Notes: generated by a model not told the origin, from the letters alone. Shown: positions 1-10,694, counted from the first letter of the stretch. The stretch: 64,000 bases of DNA from an uncultured delta proteobacterium (GCA_963842085.1 CAWJET010000001.1:32001-96000), one strand, 5' to 3'. Made by a program: numbers and translations.

Positions 1-1035
1 GTCCACCAGCAGCTTGCCGGTCGGCTCGCGCCAGTGCCACCAGGCGTACGCGGCGGCAAGGATGATCAGCGGCAACCCTAGGTAGGCGTCCACTTCGGCA
101 ATGCCGTAGGGCCGAAACGGAGCAGAGAGACGGCTGATGAGAGGAATCACGCCGAACTCACTGGTGGGCGCAGGCACCACGAAGTTCAGGAGGTCGGAGG
201 AATAGGAATGGAGCGACCAGATCGCTCCGCGCGGCGCGCCGAAGGCGAATATGCTGTAGAGATACGGACTCAGGATGACCGCCGCTATCGCATACGCGAT
301 GGCGATCGGCCGCAATGCTCTCAGGATGCGCTTGCCTGTGTCAGAAGGCGCGAACGACCATCCCAGCAACAGCGCCATCCCGCCAAATTCGGTCATCGTC
401 GCGAAGACTTCGATCGAGATAAGAAACTGCGCGACAAGCAGCGCCACCATCGCGGCGACGAACCTTCCCAATGCAAGTTCGCCCGCGATCGCGCGCACGA
501 CGAGCAAACCCCCGACCGGCACCAGGAAAACCAGGGTCAGGTTCAGTTGGCCGAAAGCCTGATGCCCCAACATATAGGCGGAGAAGCCGAAGATGTAGCC
601 GCCCAGCAACGAAGGCCACCAGGCGCGACAGATGTGACGACAAAAAAGGAAAGCCGTCCATGCGCCGAGCGGCAGGCTCGCCAGGCACAAAACGTTGTAG
701 GCCGCGATCGGTCCAACACTGGCGGTCAGGGGCCAGATGACGAAGCTTGGCAGCGGGATCGAGGTCGTCCAAGCCAGGTTGATGCCGCTCGGAGCCCAAA
801 GCAGATCGGTGAAAAATGGATCTAGATGGTGAACGAGCGCATGCGGCCACCACACGAGAAACCACATAAGTGCCGACGGATCGTCCGTCCCGATGTACGC
901 GTCGCGAAAATGACCCGGCAGCGTGCGCCCAAAGACCAGGAGCGAGAACGTCAGGTATATCGAAAGAGCAAGCAGGCCGTGCCGGTCAGGTGTATGACTC
1001 GGCTCTGCCGCGTGAGGCGTGGGCTCCTCCTGCAT
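1..1035 (-). CDS. Polytopic membrane protein, GT-C/YfhO-like glycosyltransferase (runs off window start)
   Basis: Manual translation from ATG 1035: MQEEPTPH...LLALSIYLTFSLLVFG...DDPSALMWFLVWWPHAL...INLAWTTS; hydrophobic, DDP motif typical of GT-C; start uncertain. Confidence 0.65.
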   Translation of the reverse strand, partial: MQEEPTPHAAEPSHTPDRHGLLALSIYLTFSLLVFGRTLPGHFRDAYIGTDDPSALMWFLVWWPHALVHHLDPFFTDLLWAPSGINLAWTTSIPLPSFVIWPLTASVGPIAAYNVLCLASLPLGAWTAFLFCRHICRAWWPSLLGGYIFGFSAYMLGHQAFGQLNLTLVFLVPVGGLLVVRAIAGELALGRFVAAMVALLVAQFLISIEVFATMTEFGGMALLLGWSFAPSDTGKRILRALRPIAIAYAIAAVILSPYLYSIFAFGAPRGAIWSLHSYSSDLLNFVVPAPTSEFGVIPLISRLSAPFRPYGIAEVDAYLGLPLIILAAAYAWWHWREPTGKLLVD

Positions 1036-1248
1036 TGCGGCAGCGATTGTCGCAGCCCAGGAATGATCAAGCAAGTTGCGCCGCCGCGAATGTCGTGAGT
1101 CCACCCCAAGCGCAGGCTGAAAAAAGGCCGGGTGACGTAGTCCGAATCGAGATCGAGAGAATCAGCAATCTCGAAAACAATGTGATCGAGGAACCGGCCA
1201 ATACGACTCCGATCTGAGCGCACACCCGCATCAGGTGCCGAAAGGAAA

Positions 1249-2613
1249 TCAGGACGACCGCTCAAACCCAGGCGGAGGCAACGAGACTGCCGTCTCGAAA
1301 TGCGGGAGATGAACTGAATGCTGCTGGTCAGCAGCGGGCTCGCGATGGCTGGCGCGCCGGAGGATTGCCGTCATCAATGCGATGATCACAATTGGGGCAA
1401 TTGGGATTCTGGCAGTCTGACTGACAGGCAAGGAGACGCGGGGCAGAATCCACGCGACCGTGAGCACGACTTTCTCGTAGGGTAAGAATCCCTTCTCGAA
1501 ACCCTCCATTGCCAGCCACGCTATCGGGAGCGCGAGCAATACCAGGTCGTATTGCAGAACGTATGGAGAAACCATCAAGGAGCCAACGGCCAAGGTGGCG
1601 GCTTTGAGCGCGAACGGGCGATGCGATTGCCAAACCCAAACCACCGCGGCCGCCGCGTATAGCGCGATAATCGCCTGGAACATATACGCCATATCGACGC
1701 TGCCACCCCACATCCTGATTGCTCCAAAAATGCTTTGCAGGGTCCGGAAGTTGATCGCCCCCTGTTCCAGGACAATTTTCCGTGTGAACGCGAGACCGGC
1801 GATAAACGCGCGCCATGTTGGAGCGCCAAAGACGGCGAGCGAAACCAACGCGAACAGAATCGCGCTGACTGCTGTGGCAATGAGCGCGCGCCATTGGCGA
1901 GCTACGATCAATGCGAGCGGAATCAATATCGCGAATTGCGGCTTGTAGGCCATCAAGCCAAACAGAAACCCGGCAAACAGCGGACTTCGGTCGAGAAGCA
2001 GCAGACCGCCGCCGATAAGCGCGGTGGTCAGGAAACCATTTTGGCCGCACATAAAGTTGATGATGACCGCCGGAAATGCAATCGCAAGCCAAAGTCCGAG
2101 AGGAACAGGAGCGACGCGCCGGAGAACGGCAAGATAGCCGGCAAGCGTTACGGTCTCGAACACGACCCACGACGCGACCAATGGCAGCATCGAAAGCGGT
2201 AGCGCGATCAGAAGGTACATCGGCGGATAGTGGAACCCCAAAACACCGAAATCCTTACCTCCCATTACCGCCACTTCCTGCAGGTGCTGGCGCTGAATAT
2301 CGTAAACAGAGGCGGGATCGCCTTTGAGCGCCACGATTGAGGCCGTGTAGGGATTTACGAAGTCGCCGCCAACGCACGCGCCGCTTGCAAATATCAGGTG
2401 ATGAGCGTGGAAGAGTTGAGCTATAGCCGCGTACAGATACACAAACAGCAGAGCGCCCGGATAAAATTTGACGCGCTGGACGGTCAGCCAGGAAGGGTCG
2501 CGCAGCCAGCTGTTGAACCGGTGCGCAAAACCCGAGAGGCCGTTATGAGCCAAGGGAGGCGTCGTCACCGTGACGGATTTCCTGGCGGCATCTATTTTCG
2601 CGCGATTGTCCAT
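1249..2613 (-). CDS. Glycosyltransferase family 87 (DUF2029) membrane protein
   Basis: GGDF, FHYPP, GQNGFL and YKPQ motifs; many TM segments; start taken at MDNRAK. Confidence 0.85.
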   Translation of the reverse strand: MDNRAKIDAARKSVTVTTPPLAHNGLSGFAHRFNSWLRDPSWLTVQRVKFYPGALLFVYLYAAIAQLFHAHHLIFASGACVGGDFVNPYTASIVALKGDPASVYDIQRQHLQEVAVMGGKDFGVLGFHYPPMYLLIALPLSMLPLVASWVVFETVTLAGYLAVLRRVAPVPLGLWLAIAFPAVIINFMCGQNGFLTTALIGGGLLLLDRSPLFAGFLFGLMAYKPQFAILIPLALIVARQWRALIATAVSAILFALVSLAVFGAPTWRAFIAGLAFTRKIVLEQGAINFRTLQSIFGAIRMWGGSVDMAYMFQAIIALYAAAAVVWVWQSHRPFALKAATLAVGSLMVSPYVLQYDLVLLALPIAWLAMEGFEKGFLPYEKVVLTVAWILPRVSLPVSQTARIPIAPIVIIALMTAILRRASHREPAADQQHSVHLPHFETAVSLPPPGFERSS

Positions 2614-2822
2614 CGCCAACCTGTTCCGGTCGCACAGCACCAAATATGCCACCGTACTCGACCAAGGAAAACGCCAGCCCTGGCAAGACAATCAGCAGAA
2701 CCGCCCACCATTGCGCCTCACGTGTTGCTCGAGTGCAACATGCCGAGCGGGATTTCCTGGAGACATACTACTCGGCGGCGACCGATTCCGCCTGCGTTGG
2801 TTCAGCGCCCATACTGCTCAAC

Positions 2823-3290
2823 TCAGCCTCGTCGGCCCGGCTTCGCATCACCGCGATTAGGCTCAGTCGGCGGAATTGGCACGACCTTGTCGAGCAGCCG
2901 CATCAGCGGCGTGATCAGATTGAGCAACCAAACCTGCGCGAGACCAAAGCTGCGCCGACGCAGAATGCGCCCGTTCAGATACCATGCGATAGTGCTGATG
3001 CGGTTGAACTCAATCAACTCGCGAATCTCCAGCCCGCAGTCCGCGGCAAGTTTATCAAGTGTCTGACGCGTGTAGCGGCGCTGATGGCCCAGCACTTGAT
3101 CGAGGGTACCGAAGTTCCCCGGCCCTTGCGGCACGAGGATCATCGCGCTGACCATGATTGCCAGTACCCCTTTGATGTTGTTCAGCGCGCGGCGGTCGTC
3201 TGCGACGTGCTCGCGCACGTTGAGGCAAATCACGCTGTCGTAGCCGCCATCGGTCGCTGGAAAAGAGTTTAGATCGCTGACATCGCAGTA
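2823..3290 (-). pseudogene. C-terminal fragment of a class I SAM methyltransferase-like domain
   Basis: YDSVICLNVREHVADD...LVPQGP..GTLDQVLGHQRRYT; N-terminal SAM-binding part missing; abuts a truncated GT87. Confidence 0.6.
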
Positions 3291-4184
3291 TGACGACTTG
3301 AGGCAAGGGCGGGAGCCAAGATTTGCGAAGTGTAAGCGGCCCTGGTCCCTGCTCCCAGCAATCGTGCCCCCGAAAATACGCTTTGCATCGTATAGAATCG
3401 CACGCCGCCGCCGATAATCACTCGCCGAGCAGGTTCGAGCGTATTCAAGAACGCGCCCCAGGTTCCGGCGCCGAACATCACAAGTGAGATACCGGCAAAG
3501 GCGATTGCCGTAACCGCGGCGGCGAAAAAGGCCCGCCACCTCCCGGTAGCAACTAATACGAGTGGCACCAGCACTCCCATCTGCGGCTTGTACGTCAAAA
3601 GGCCGAAAAGCGCGCCAGCCAACAGTGGTCTGCTTTCGAGCGATAGCAGCGCGCCCCCAAGCAGGGAAAATGTGAGCAATCCGTTTTGTCCGTTTTGTAG
3701 GTTGGCGAACACGCCGGGAAAAGCCAGGGCTGGCCAAAACGTCTCCGCGCGCGGAATGATTTTCCGCAGCACCATCGAGTAGCCGGCAAACGTAAGCGTC
3801 GTCCATATGCCGAGCGCCCATAGGTAGCCCACAAGCGCCGCTGGCAGAACAATTATCAGGAACGTTGGCGGGTAGTACCATAGGGCCACAAAGGTCCCTT
3901 GCCCAACCGCTTCTTCTTCCACGGCGTAGAGCCGTTTTGAGGTCATCAAGACTGCCGACGGTTCTCCTCTAAGCGCCATTGCGGAAGCCGCCCAGTAGCA
4001 CGAGAAGTCAACGCCGATGGGTTTGCCCTCGCGGCTTACCATCCCATGTGCCGTCATCACCCATATGTTTTGACATTCACCGCAAAGCGACGAGGAAAAT
4101 TTTCGGATAAACCCGCAGACGCTTCCGGTTCAACCAAGGTGCTTCAGCAACCCAAGCGATCACGGTATTGAGACTCTGGCGCAT
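3269..4184 (-). pseudogene. Second GT87/DUF2029 gene, frameshifted near 4070 and C-terminally truncated
   Basis: MRQSLN..RLRVYPKIF in one frame, GVDF..YYPP..GQNGLL..YKPQ in another; shorter than the intact paralog at 1249. Confidence 0.7.
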
Positions 4185-4392
4185 AGGCCGAACCAATCTT
4201 GGCTCCCGATTCAGATTCGCAGCAATTTTACCCGGCTTGCAAACGCTGCGCTCGATCCATCGGCAGAGACGGACACTCACGAACTGTCCTTGACATCGGT
4301 CGCGGTGCGGCTTGCCCGGGGTGGCTCGACTGTTTACTCTATACAGCGAGTGGGAATGGGGGAATCCAAACGTCAATTCCGATTCAATTGGT

Positions 4393-5439
4393 ATGACTGT
4401 TAGGGTTGTACCCGGCCCCGGTCCGCGACCAGTGGGCGATCAGGATTTTGCCAGCGAGAGAGCCGCAGCCGCGAACCGGCTCGGAGAGTCGCGGGTGACA
4501 CTCTCAATCGTGACTCCGATTTATAACGAGGCTGCAAACCTCGATGAGTTCTTCCGGCGCTTGCTCGCGGTGCTCGAACGGTTGGCGGTCAGCTACGAAG
4601 TCGTTTGCGTTGACGACGGGAGCACAGATGAGACCTTAGCCCGCCTGCTCGAACGGCGGGCTCAAGATCCCAACGTCAAAATCCTAAGCCTCTCTCGCAA
4701 CTTCGGCAAAGAAGTGGCGCTCAGCGCGGGGATTGAGCATAGCTGCGGCGCAGCCGTCATTCCGATCGACTGTGACTTGCAGGATCCCCCCGAGCTCATC
4801 GAGGAGATGATCGCGCAGTGGCGCCTTGGCTACGACGTGGTCTATGCGACGCGACACGCGCGGCCCGGTGACGGACTCGCCAAGCGGCTGAGCGCCCGGA
4901 TGTTTTACCGGCTCCTGGACGCTGTCTCCGAAGTTCCGATTCCAAGCGACGCAGGAGATTTTCGTTTGCTCGACCGACGGGTGGTCGACGCTCTACTGCG
5001 GCTCCCCGAACGTTCGCGGTTCATGAAGGGGCTGTTCGCCTGGGTCGGTTTCAAGCAGACCGAGCTCAGTTTTGAACGTGTTGGACGCAACGCCGGCAGT
5101 AGCGCGTGGACGTACTGGCGGCTGTGGAACTTTGCTCTCGACGGGGTCACCTCGTTCAGTTCATTGCCGCTCAAGATCTGGAGCTATGTCGGACTGGTCA
5201 TCTCACTACTCGCCTTTGCCTACGCCCTTTTTCTCGCGGTGTTCAAGCTGGCGCGCGGAATCGACGTTCCCGGCTACACTTCGCTGATGGTGGTCGTGTT
5301 GTTTCTGGCCGGCATTCAACTCATCACCCTGGGTGTGATCGGAGAATATCTGGGCCGGGTCTTTACCGAGGTCAAACACCGTCCCCTGTATCTGTTGCGC
5401 GAGGCGCATGGCTTCGAGCAGTACGAGCGCCGGACCTGA
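4393..5439 (+). CDS. GT2 polyprenol-phosphate glycosyltransferase (GtrB/YkcC-like)
   Basis: SIVTPIYNE, VDDGSTD, SRNFGKE, DCDLQDPPE motifs; two C-terminal TM helices. Confidence 0.9.
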   Translation: MTVRVVPGPGPRPVGDQDFASERAAAANRLGESRVTLSIVTPIYNEAANLDEFFRRLLAVLERLAVSYEVVCVDDGSTDETLARLLERRAQDPNVKILSLSRNFGKEVALSAGIEHSCGAAVIPIDCDLQDPPELIEEMIAQWRLGYDVVYATRHARPGDGLAKRLSARMFYRLLDAVSEVPIPSDAGDFRLLDRRVVDALLRLPERSRFMKGLFAWVGFKQTELSFERVGRNAGSSAWTYWRLWNFALDGVTSFSSLPLKIWSYVGLVISLLAFAYALFLAVFKLARGIDVPGYTSLMVVVLFLAGIQLITLGVIGEYLGRVFTEVKHRPLYLLREAHGFEQYERRT

Positions 5440-5442
5440 CGC

Positions 5443-6177
5443 GTGGACCGCGAGCTCTATCCGCTGATGGCGCAAGTCGAGGACAGTCACTGGTGGTTCT
5501 GTTCCCGCCGGGCGATTGTTGCCAGTATGCTCTCGCGCCTGGGCCTTTCTCCGGGCGCCCGAATTTTGGAGCCGGGCTGCGGCACCGGCGGCAACTTTGC
5601 CATGCTGGCCAGATTCGGCGAGGTCTACGCGATGGACGCCGACGTCGAGGCTTGCAAATTTTCCACCGCCAGAAAGACCGCGATTGTGGAGCCGGGCCAA
5701 CTGCCCGACCGAGTACCGTTTGAGCGTATCGGCTTCGACCTGGTGGTGATGACTGATGTTCTGGAGCATCTTGATCGCGATCAGGAAGCGTTGAGCGTGC
5801 TCCGCGAGCGGCTCAAACCAGGCGGCTGGCTGCTGGCAACAGTTCCCGCATTCTCCTGGTTGTGGAGCGAGCATGACGTCACCCACCACCACCAACGACG
5901 TTATGTGGCCGGCGATCTACGCGCACTGTTCGAGCGCGCCGGATACACCGTGGCTTATCTCAGTTACTATAACTTTTTGTTGTTTCCGGGGATCGCGGCG
6001 GCGCGCCTGCTGGGCCGCTTGCGCAAATCAAGCGCGCAGCACGAGCACGACCTCCGGGGCCATTCGGGTCTTGTCAATTCGCTCTTGCGAACCGTGTTTT
6101 CGAGCGAGCGATACGCGATCGGCCACCTCGCTGTGCCTTTTGGAGTCTCGCTGCTGGTGCTGGCACGCAGATCTTGA
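5443..6177 (+). CDS. Class I SAM-dependent methyltransferase
   Basis: HWWF, EPGCGTG, DVLEH, HHHQRRY motifs. Confidence 0.85.
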   Translation: MDRELYPLMAQVEDSHWWFCSRRAIVASMLSRLGLSPGARILEPGCGTGGNFAMLARFGEVYAMDADVEACKFSTARKTAIVEPGQLPDRVPFERIGFDLVVMTDVLEHLDRDQEALSVLRERLKPGGWLLATVPAFSWLWSEHDVTHHHQRRYVAGDLRALFERAGYTVAYLSYYNFLLFPGIAAARLLGRLRKSSAQHEHDLRGHSGLVNSLLRTVFSSERYAIGHLAVPFGVSLLVLARRS

Positions 6178-6282
6178 GGGCTGTTGGTTCATTCAGGAAC
6201 GCTTTTCTGAAGCGCCCGTCCAGGCGACGAGATCGACCCGCGATAGTGACGCTAATCTGGTTCGCCGCAGTATGGGGGAGAA

Positions 6283-6891
6283 ATGAAAATTTACGACTTC
6301 AAAATGGCGCCTAATCCGCGCCGCGTGCGCATCTTCCTGGCCGAAAAGGGCATCAGCGTTCCGTTCGAGGAAATCGACATCTTCAGGGGCGTCAACCGCC
6401 AGCCGGAATTCCTGAAAAAGAATTCGCTGGGCGGGATTCCGGTGCTCGAACTCGACGACGGCCGGTATCTCGCCGAAAGCGTCGCGATCTGCCGTTACTT
6501 CGAGCTGATCCATCCTGAGCCCGCGCTGTTTGGCAAGGGCGCATTCGAGCAGGCCAACGTCGAGATGTGGAATCGGCGGATGGAACTGGCGCTGTTCGTC
6601 CCGGTCGGGATGGTGTGGGGGCATTCGCACGAACTGACCCGCGCGCGAATTAAACAAATCCCCGAAATGGGCGAGCAAAGCCGCAAGGTCGTCGAGCAGC
6701 GCTACCAATGGCTCGACCACGAACTCGCGGATAAGCAGTTTATCGCCGGCGACAAGTACTCAATCGCGGATATCACCTTGCTGGTCGTCGTCGACTTCGC
6801 CAAGTTCAACAGTATTTCGATTCAGCCGGAGCAGAAAAACCTCGCGCGATGGCATCAAGCAGTCTCGTCGCGCCCGAGCGCGGCCGCCTAG
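6283..6891 (+). CDS. Glutathione S-transferase family protein
   Basis: APNPRRVRIFLAEKG, IPVLELDDG, ESVAICRY, SIADI. Confidence 0.9.
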   Translation: MKIYDFKMAPNPRRVRIFLAEKGISVPFEEIDIFRGVNRQPEFLKKNSLGGIPVLELDDGRYLAESVAICRYFELIHPEPALFGKGAFEQANVEMWNRRMELALFVPVGMVWGHSHELTRARIKQIPEMGEQSRKVVEQRYQWLDHELADKQFIAGDKYSIADITLLVVVDFAKFNSISIQPEQKNLARWHQAVSSRPSAAA

Positions 6892-6893
6892 CC

Positions 6894-7277
6894 ATGCCGC
6901 GTCCAGATCCGCTCGACCGGCTGCGAAAAATTTGCCTCGCCCTGCCCGACGCCACCGAAAAAGAAGCGTGGGGCGAGCCGACGTTTCGCGTGCGCGGCAG
7001 AATGTTCGCGATGTACGCGAACAATCACCACGACGACGGCCGCATCGCGGTCTGGTGCAAGGCGCCGCTCGGGTACCAGAGCATGATGATCGGCGTCGCG
7101 CCCAAGCGCTTCTTCGTGCCGCCCTATGTCGGCGTCAACGGATGGGTCGGCGTGCGCCTCGACCTCGAAGTGGACTGGAAGGAAGTCGCCGGCGTCGTCG
7201 AGCAGGGCTACCGGATGGCCTTGGAAAAGCCGGCGCGTGCGACTCGCTCGCGGAAGTCCAGGGCCGCGCGCATCTGA
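6894..7277 (+). CDS. MmcQ/YjbR family protein
   Basis: CLALPDATEKEAWGEPTFRVRGRMFA..FFVPPYVG..GWVG. Confidence 0.8.
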   Translation: MPRPDPLDRLRKICLALPDATEKEAWGEPTFRVRGRMFAMYANNHHDDGRIAVWCKAPLGYQSMMIGVAPKRFFVPPYVGVNGWVGVRLDLEVDWKEVAGVVEQGYRMALEKPARATRSRKSRAARI

Positions 7278-7280
7278 TTC

Positions 7281-7781
7281 TCAGTCGATTCGTCCGTGCA
7301 CTCCGCAACTCGGCGCGATCCCCATCCGCTCGTAGTAGCGCTGGTGATACTCCTCGGCGCGGTAGAACTCCGCGGTCGGCACGATCTGCGTGACGACCGG
7401 GCGCGCGAGTTTGCCGGATTCGTCGAGCCGCCGTTTCGATTCCTCGGCGGCTTTCCGCTCATGCTCATCGGAATAAAAAATTATCGAGCGGTATTGAGTG
7501 CCGACGTCGGGTCCCTGCCGGTTGAGTGTCGTCGGGTCGTGAATCTGCCAGAAGACTTCGAGCAGCCGCTCGAACGACACCCGCGCGGGGTCGTACTCAA
7601 CCTGCACGACCTCGGCGTGTCCGGTCTTGCCGCTGCAAACCATTCGATAGCTGGGCTTCGCAACGGTGCCGCCGGCGTATCCGACAGCCACATCGACGAC
7701 GCCCTCGACCGCGCGAAAAGCCGATTCGACGCCCCAGAAGCATCCTGCGCCAAAAACCGCAATTCTGTTCTCGTTCGCCAT
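7281..7781 (-). CDS. msrA: Peptide-methionine (S)-S-oxide reductase
   Basis: GCFWG, GHAE, DPT..NRQG.DVGTQYRS, AEEYHQRY. Confidence 0.95.
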   Translation of the reverse strand: MANENRIAVFGAGCFWGVESAFRAVEGVVDVAVGYAGGTVAKPSYRMVCSGKTGHAEVVQVEYDPARVSFERLLEVFWQIHDPTTLNRQGPDVGTQYRSIIFYSDEHERKAAEESKRRLDESGKLARPVVTQIVPTAEFYRAEEYHQRYYERMGIAPSCGVHGRID

Positions 7782-7866
7782 CTGCCTACTTAACGATGAC
7801 TATCAGCGGGAATCAACGCCGCCGCCGCTGTGCGATCTTCCAAACCTGTGCCATTATTCTAGCGAC

Positions 7867-8700
7867 ATGACACGTATTATGGCGGGCAACAAGCCGTGGC
7901 TACTTTTGCTCTTCGCCGCCTTCATTTGCGTTTGGCGTCCCGCCGGCGCCGGCGCCGCGGAAATCAAGGTCGCTGCGGCGTCGGACCTGACGTTCGTGTT
8001 CAACGACGTTGCCGCTCGATTTCACGATCAGACTGGTAACACCGTCAAGCTCGCGTATGGTTCATCCGGGAATTTCTTCGCGCAGATTCAAAATGGCGCG
8101 CCGTTCGATCTGTTCTTTTCCGCTGACCTGAGCTATCCGGAAAAACTCGAGGCCGCGGGCCTGGCCGAACCCGGCACCATCTACGAATATGCGAGTGGAA
8201 AACTCGTGATGTGGGCTCCCAACTCGTCGAAGCTCGACTTGAGCCGGGGACTCGCGGCGCTGCTCGATCCTGGTGTCAGAAAAATCGCGATCGCCAATCC
8301 GCAACATGCGCCGTACGGGATCGCGGCGGTTGCGGCACTGCGTCACGCTGCGATTTACGACCAGATCAAAAGCAAGCTCGTGCTCGGCGAAAATATCTCG
8401 CAGACTGCCCAGTTCGTCCAGTCCGGCAACGCCGACGCCGGACTCCTCGCGCTCTCGCTCGCGCTCGCGCCGGCGATGAAGAACAGCGGACGCTATGTCG
8501 AAATCCCCGCGGCCGACTATCCACCGGTCATCCAGGCCGGCGTGATTCTGAAGTCGTCACATCACAAGGAGTTGGCGAACCGGTTCCTGAAATTTCTCAA
8601 GCAGCCTGAGACTGCGGCGCTGATGGAGCGATACGGGTTCTCGATCCCCAAGGACGTTGCCGCGGCGCACAACGAAAGCGCGATGTCCGCGCCACGCTGA
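7867..8700 (+). CDS. modA: Molybdate ABC transporter substrate-binding protein
   Basis: AAASDL, GSSG, GAPFDLFFSAD, IANP.HAPYG; signal peptide. Confidence 0.92.
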   Translation: MTRIMAGNKPWLLLLFAAFICVWRPAGAGAAEIKVAAASDLTFVFNDVAARFHDQTGNTVKLAYGSSGNFFAQIQNGAPFDLFFSADLSYPEKLEAAGLAEPGTIYEYASGKLVMWAPNSSKLDLSRGLAALLDPGVRKIAIANPQHAPYGIAAVAALRHAAIYDQIKSKLVLGENISQTAQFVQSGNADAGLLALSLALAPAMKNSGRYVEIPAADYPPVIQAGVILKSSHHKELANRFLKFLKQPETAALMERYGFSIPKDVAAAHNESAMSAPR

Positions 8701-8706
8701 TCGCCG

Positions 8707-9384
8707 ATGGATTGGAGCGCGATTTTCCTGACGCTGCGGCTCGCGCTGGTCGTTTGCGCAATTTTGCTGGTGCTCGGGACGCCCATCGCATGGTGGCTCA
8801 GCTTCACGCGCTGGCGATGGAAATTTTTCGTCGAATCGATCGTCGCGCTGCCGCTCGTGCTGCCGCCAACCGTGCTCGGCTTCTACGTGCTGGTCGCGAT
8901 GGGCTCGCGCAGCCCAATCGGCCGCTGGTACCAGTCCCTCACCGGCCACGAGTTGGCGTTTACGTTCGAAGGCCTGGCGATCGCGTCGGTCATCTACAGC
9001 CTGCCCTTCGCGGTGCAGCCGATGGCGGCGGCGTTCTCGCAGGTGGATCGCAACCTGATCAACGCGTCGTCCATCCTCGGCGCGTCGCGAATCCGCACGT
9101 TCCTGCGCGTCGTGCTCCCGCTCTCGATGGGCGGCGTGGTCACCGGCTTGGTGCTGAGCTTCGCGCACACGCTCGGTGAGTTCGGCGTGGTGCTGATGGT
9201 CGGCGGCAATATCCCGGGCGTGACGCGCACGGTCTCGATCGCGATTTACGATCAGGCTCAGGCGCTCGACTATGCCGGGGCGAATCACCTGGCGCTGCTG
9301 CTGTTGGCGTTTTCGTTCGTCACGCTGTCGCTCACCTATTCGCTCAACCGCCGGGTCTGGGCGGTCTGGCCGCTGCATCGTTGA
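8707..9384 (+). CDS. modB: Molybdate ABC transporter permease
   Basis: LPLVLPPTVLGF, FAHTLGEFG. Confidence 0.93.
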   Translation: MDWSAIFLTLRLALVVCAILLVLGTPIAWWLSFTRWRWKFFVESIVALPLVLPPTVLGFYVLVAMGSRSPIGRWYQSLTGHELAFTFEGLAIASVIYSLPFAVQPMAAAFSQVDRNLINASSILGASRIRTFLRVVLPLSMGGVVTGLVLSFAHTLGEFGVVLMVGGNIPGVTRTVSIAIYDQAQALDYAGANHLALLLLAFSFVTLSLTYSLNRRVWAVWPLHR

Positions 9385-10526
9385 CGGTCAGTCGCGAAAC
9401 GATGACATCTGGCAACAATGGCGATGGCGACACGCGTTTGTCGGTGCGCATCGCGCATCGGACCTCGCACAGCTTCGTCCTCGAGGCCGGGTTCGAGGCG
9501 TCGGCCGGCTTTACGATGTTCCTGGGGCCGTCGGGCGCGGGCAAGACTACACTGCTGAATTGTCTTGCGGGATTGGTGCGGCCCGATGCGGGGCGAATAG
9601 CTCTCGGCCCGCGGGTGCTATTCGATTCGGACAAACGCATCGACATGCCAGTCGCGCAGCGGCAATTGGGATACGTGTTTCAGAATCTCGCGTTGTTTCC
9701 CCATCTGACGGTCGCGCAAAACGTTCAGTACGGGATCACGAAGGTGCAGACCGCGGAGCGGCGCGCGCGGATGACGGCGATGCTCGAGTCGTTTCGAATC
9801 GCGCACTTGCTCGCGCGCAAGCCCGGCGAGATTTCCGGCGGTGAGCGCCAGCGCGTCGCGCTCGCGCGCTCGCTGGTGACGAATCCGGCCGCGCTGATGC
9901 TCGACGAACCGCTGGCCGCACTCGACCACGCGACCAAATCGAAAATCCTCGACGACCTGCGCGCCTGGAATGCGGCCCATGAAATTCCCATCCTGTACGT
10001 AACGCATTCGCCCGACGAGGCATTCGCACTCGGAGAGCGGGTCGTAGTGCTCGAAGGCGGACGCATCCTTGCGCAAGGGATGCCGCAACACGTACTGACG
10101 ACGCCGCGTCACGAAACAATCGCGCAGGTAGTGGGCTTCGAAAACGTCTTCGACGCAACAGTAAAATCGATCGCCGAAACCCAGGGCACGGTCCTCTGCC
10201 AACTTGACGGCACCCCAACTCATCTGGAAGTCCCGCTAGGTCACGCTGGGATAGGAGCGCGAGTAAAAATAGCAATCCGCGCCGGCGATATAATCATAGC
10301 GAGCGAACAACCGCACAATCTAAGCGCCCGCAACTCATTCCCAGGCCGAGTCATATCAATACGCCGCGAAGGCGTGAGGGTAGTAGTAACGATAGAAGCA
10401 GGCGCAAACTTCGAGGTCCACCTCACGCCAGCCGCAATCGACGCGCTGCGAATTGAAGCCGAAAAACAAATCTGGTTGGTAATCAAGACCTACTCGTGCA
10501 ACCTGGTCGAGCCTTCAGCGCGATAG
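9381..10526 (+). CDS. modC: Molybdate ABC transporter ATPase with TOBE domains
   Basis: GPSGAGKT, SGGERQR, LDEP; SARN TOBE motif. Confidence 0.92.
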   Translation: MTVSRETMTSGNNGDGDTRLSVRIAHRTSHSFVLEAGFEASAGFTMFLGPSGAGKTTLLNCLAGLVRPDAGRIALGPRVLFDSDKRIDMPVAQRQLGYVFQNLALFPHLTVAQNVQYGITKVQTAERRARMTAMLESFRIAHLLARKPGEISGGERQRVALARSLVTNPAALMLDEPLAALDHATKSKILDDLRAWNAAHEIPILYVTHSPDEAFALGERVVVLEGGRILAQGMPQHVLTTPRHETIAQVVGFENVFDATVKSIAETQGTVLCQLDGTPTHLEVPLGHAGIGARVKIAIRAGDIIIASEQPHNLSARNSFPGRVISIRREGVRVVVTIEAGANFEVHLTPAAIDALRIEAEKQIWLVIKTYSCNLVEPSAR

Positions 10527-10596
10527 AAAGTCTTTCACTTACAAGGTGCCGCGTGCGCGACTGTGCGAGTCATTAGAATTCGGCGACGATTTGGAC

Positions 10597-10673
10597 TGGC
10601 GCCCCCTGCGGGATTCGAACCCACGGCCCCAGGATTAGGAATCCTGTGCTCTATCCATCTGAGCTAAGGGGGC
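10597..10673 (-). tRNA. tRNA-Arg(CCU)
   Basis: GCCCCCT/AGGGGGC acceptor stem, anticodon arm CAGGA-TTCCTAA-TCCTG, GGTTCGAATCC T-loop, encoded CCA. Confidence 0.97.
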
Positions 10674-10674
10674 G
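10635..10674. repeat. att core (left), 40 bp, 5' half of tRNA-Arg
   Basis: ttaggaatcctgtgctctatccatctgagctaagggggcg is identical to 39569-39608. Confidence 0.95.
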
Positions 10675-10694
10675 CTCCAAAATATATCGCAATA

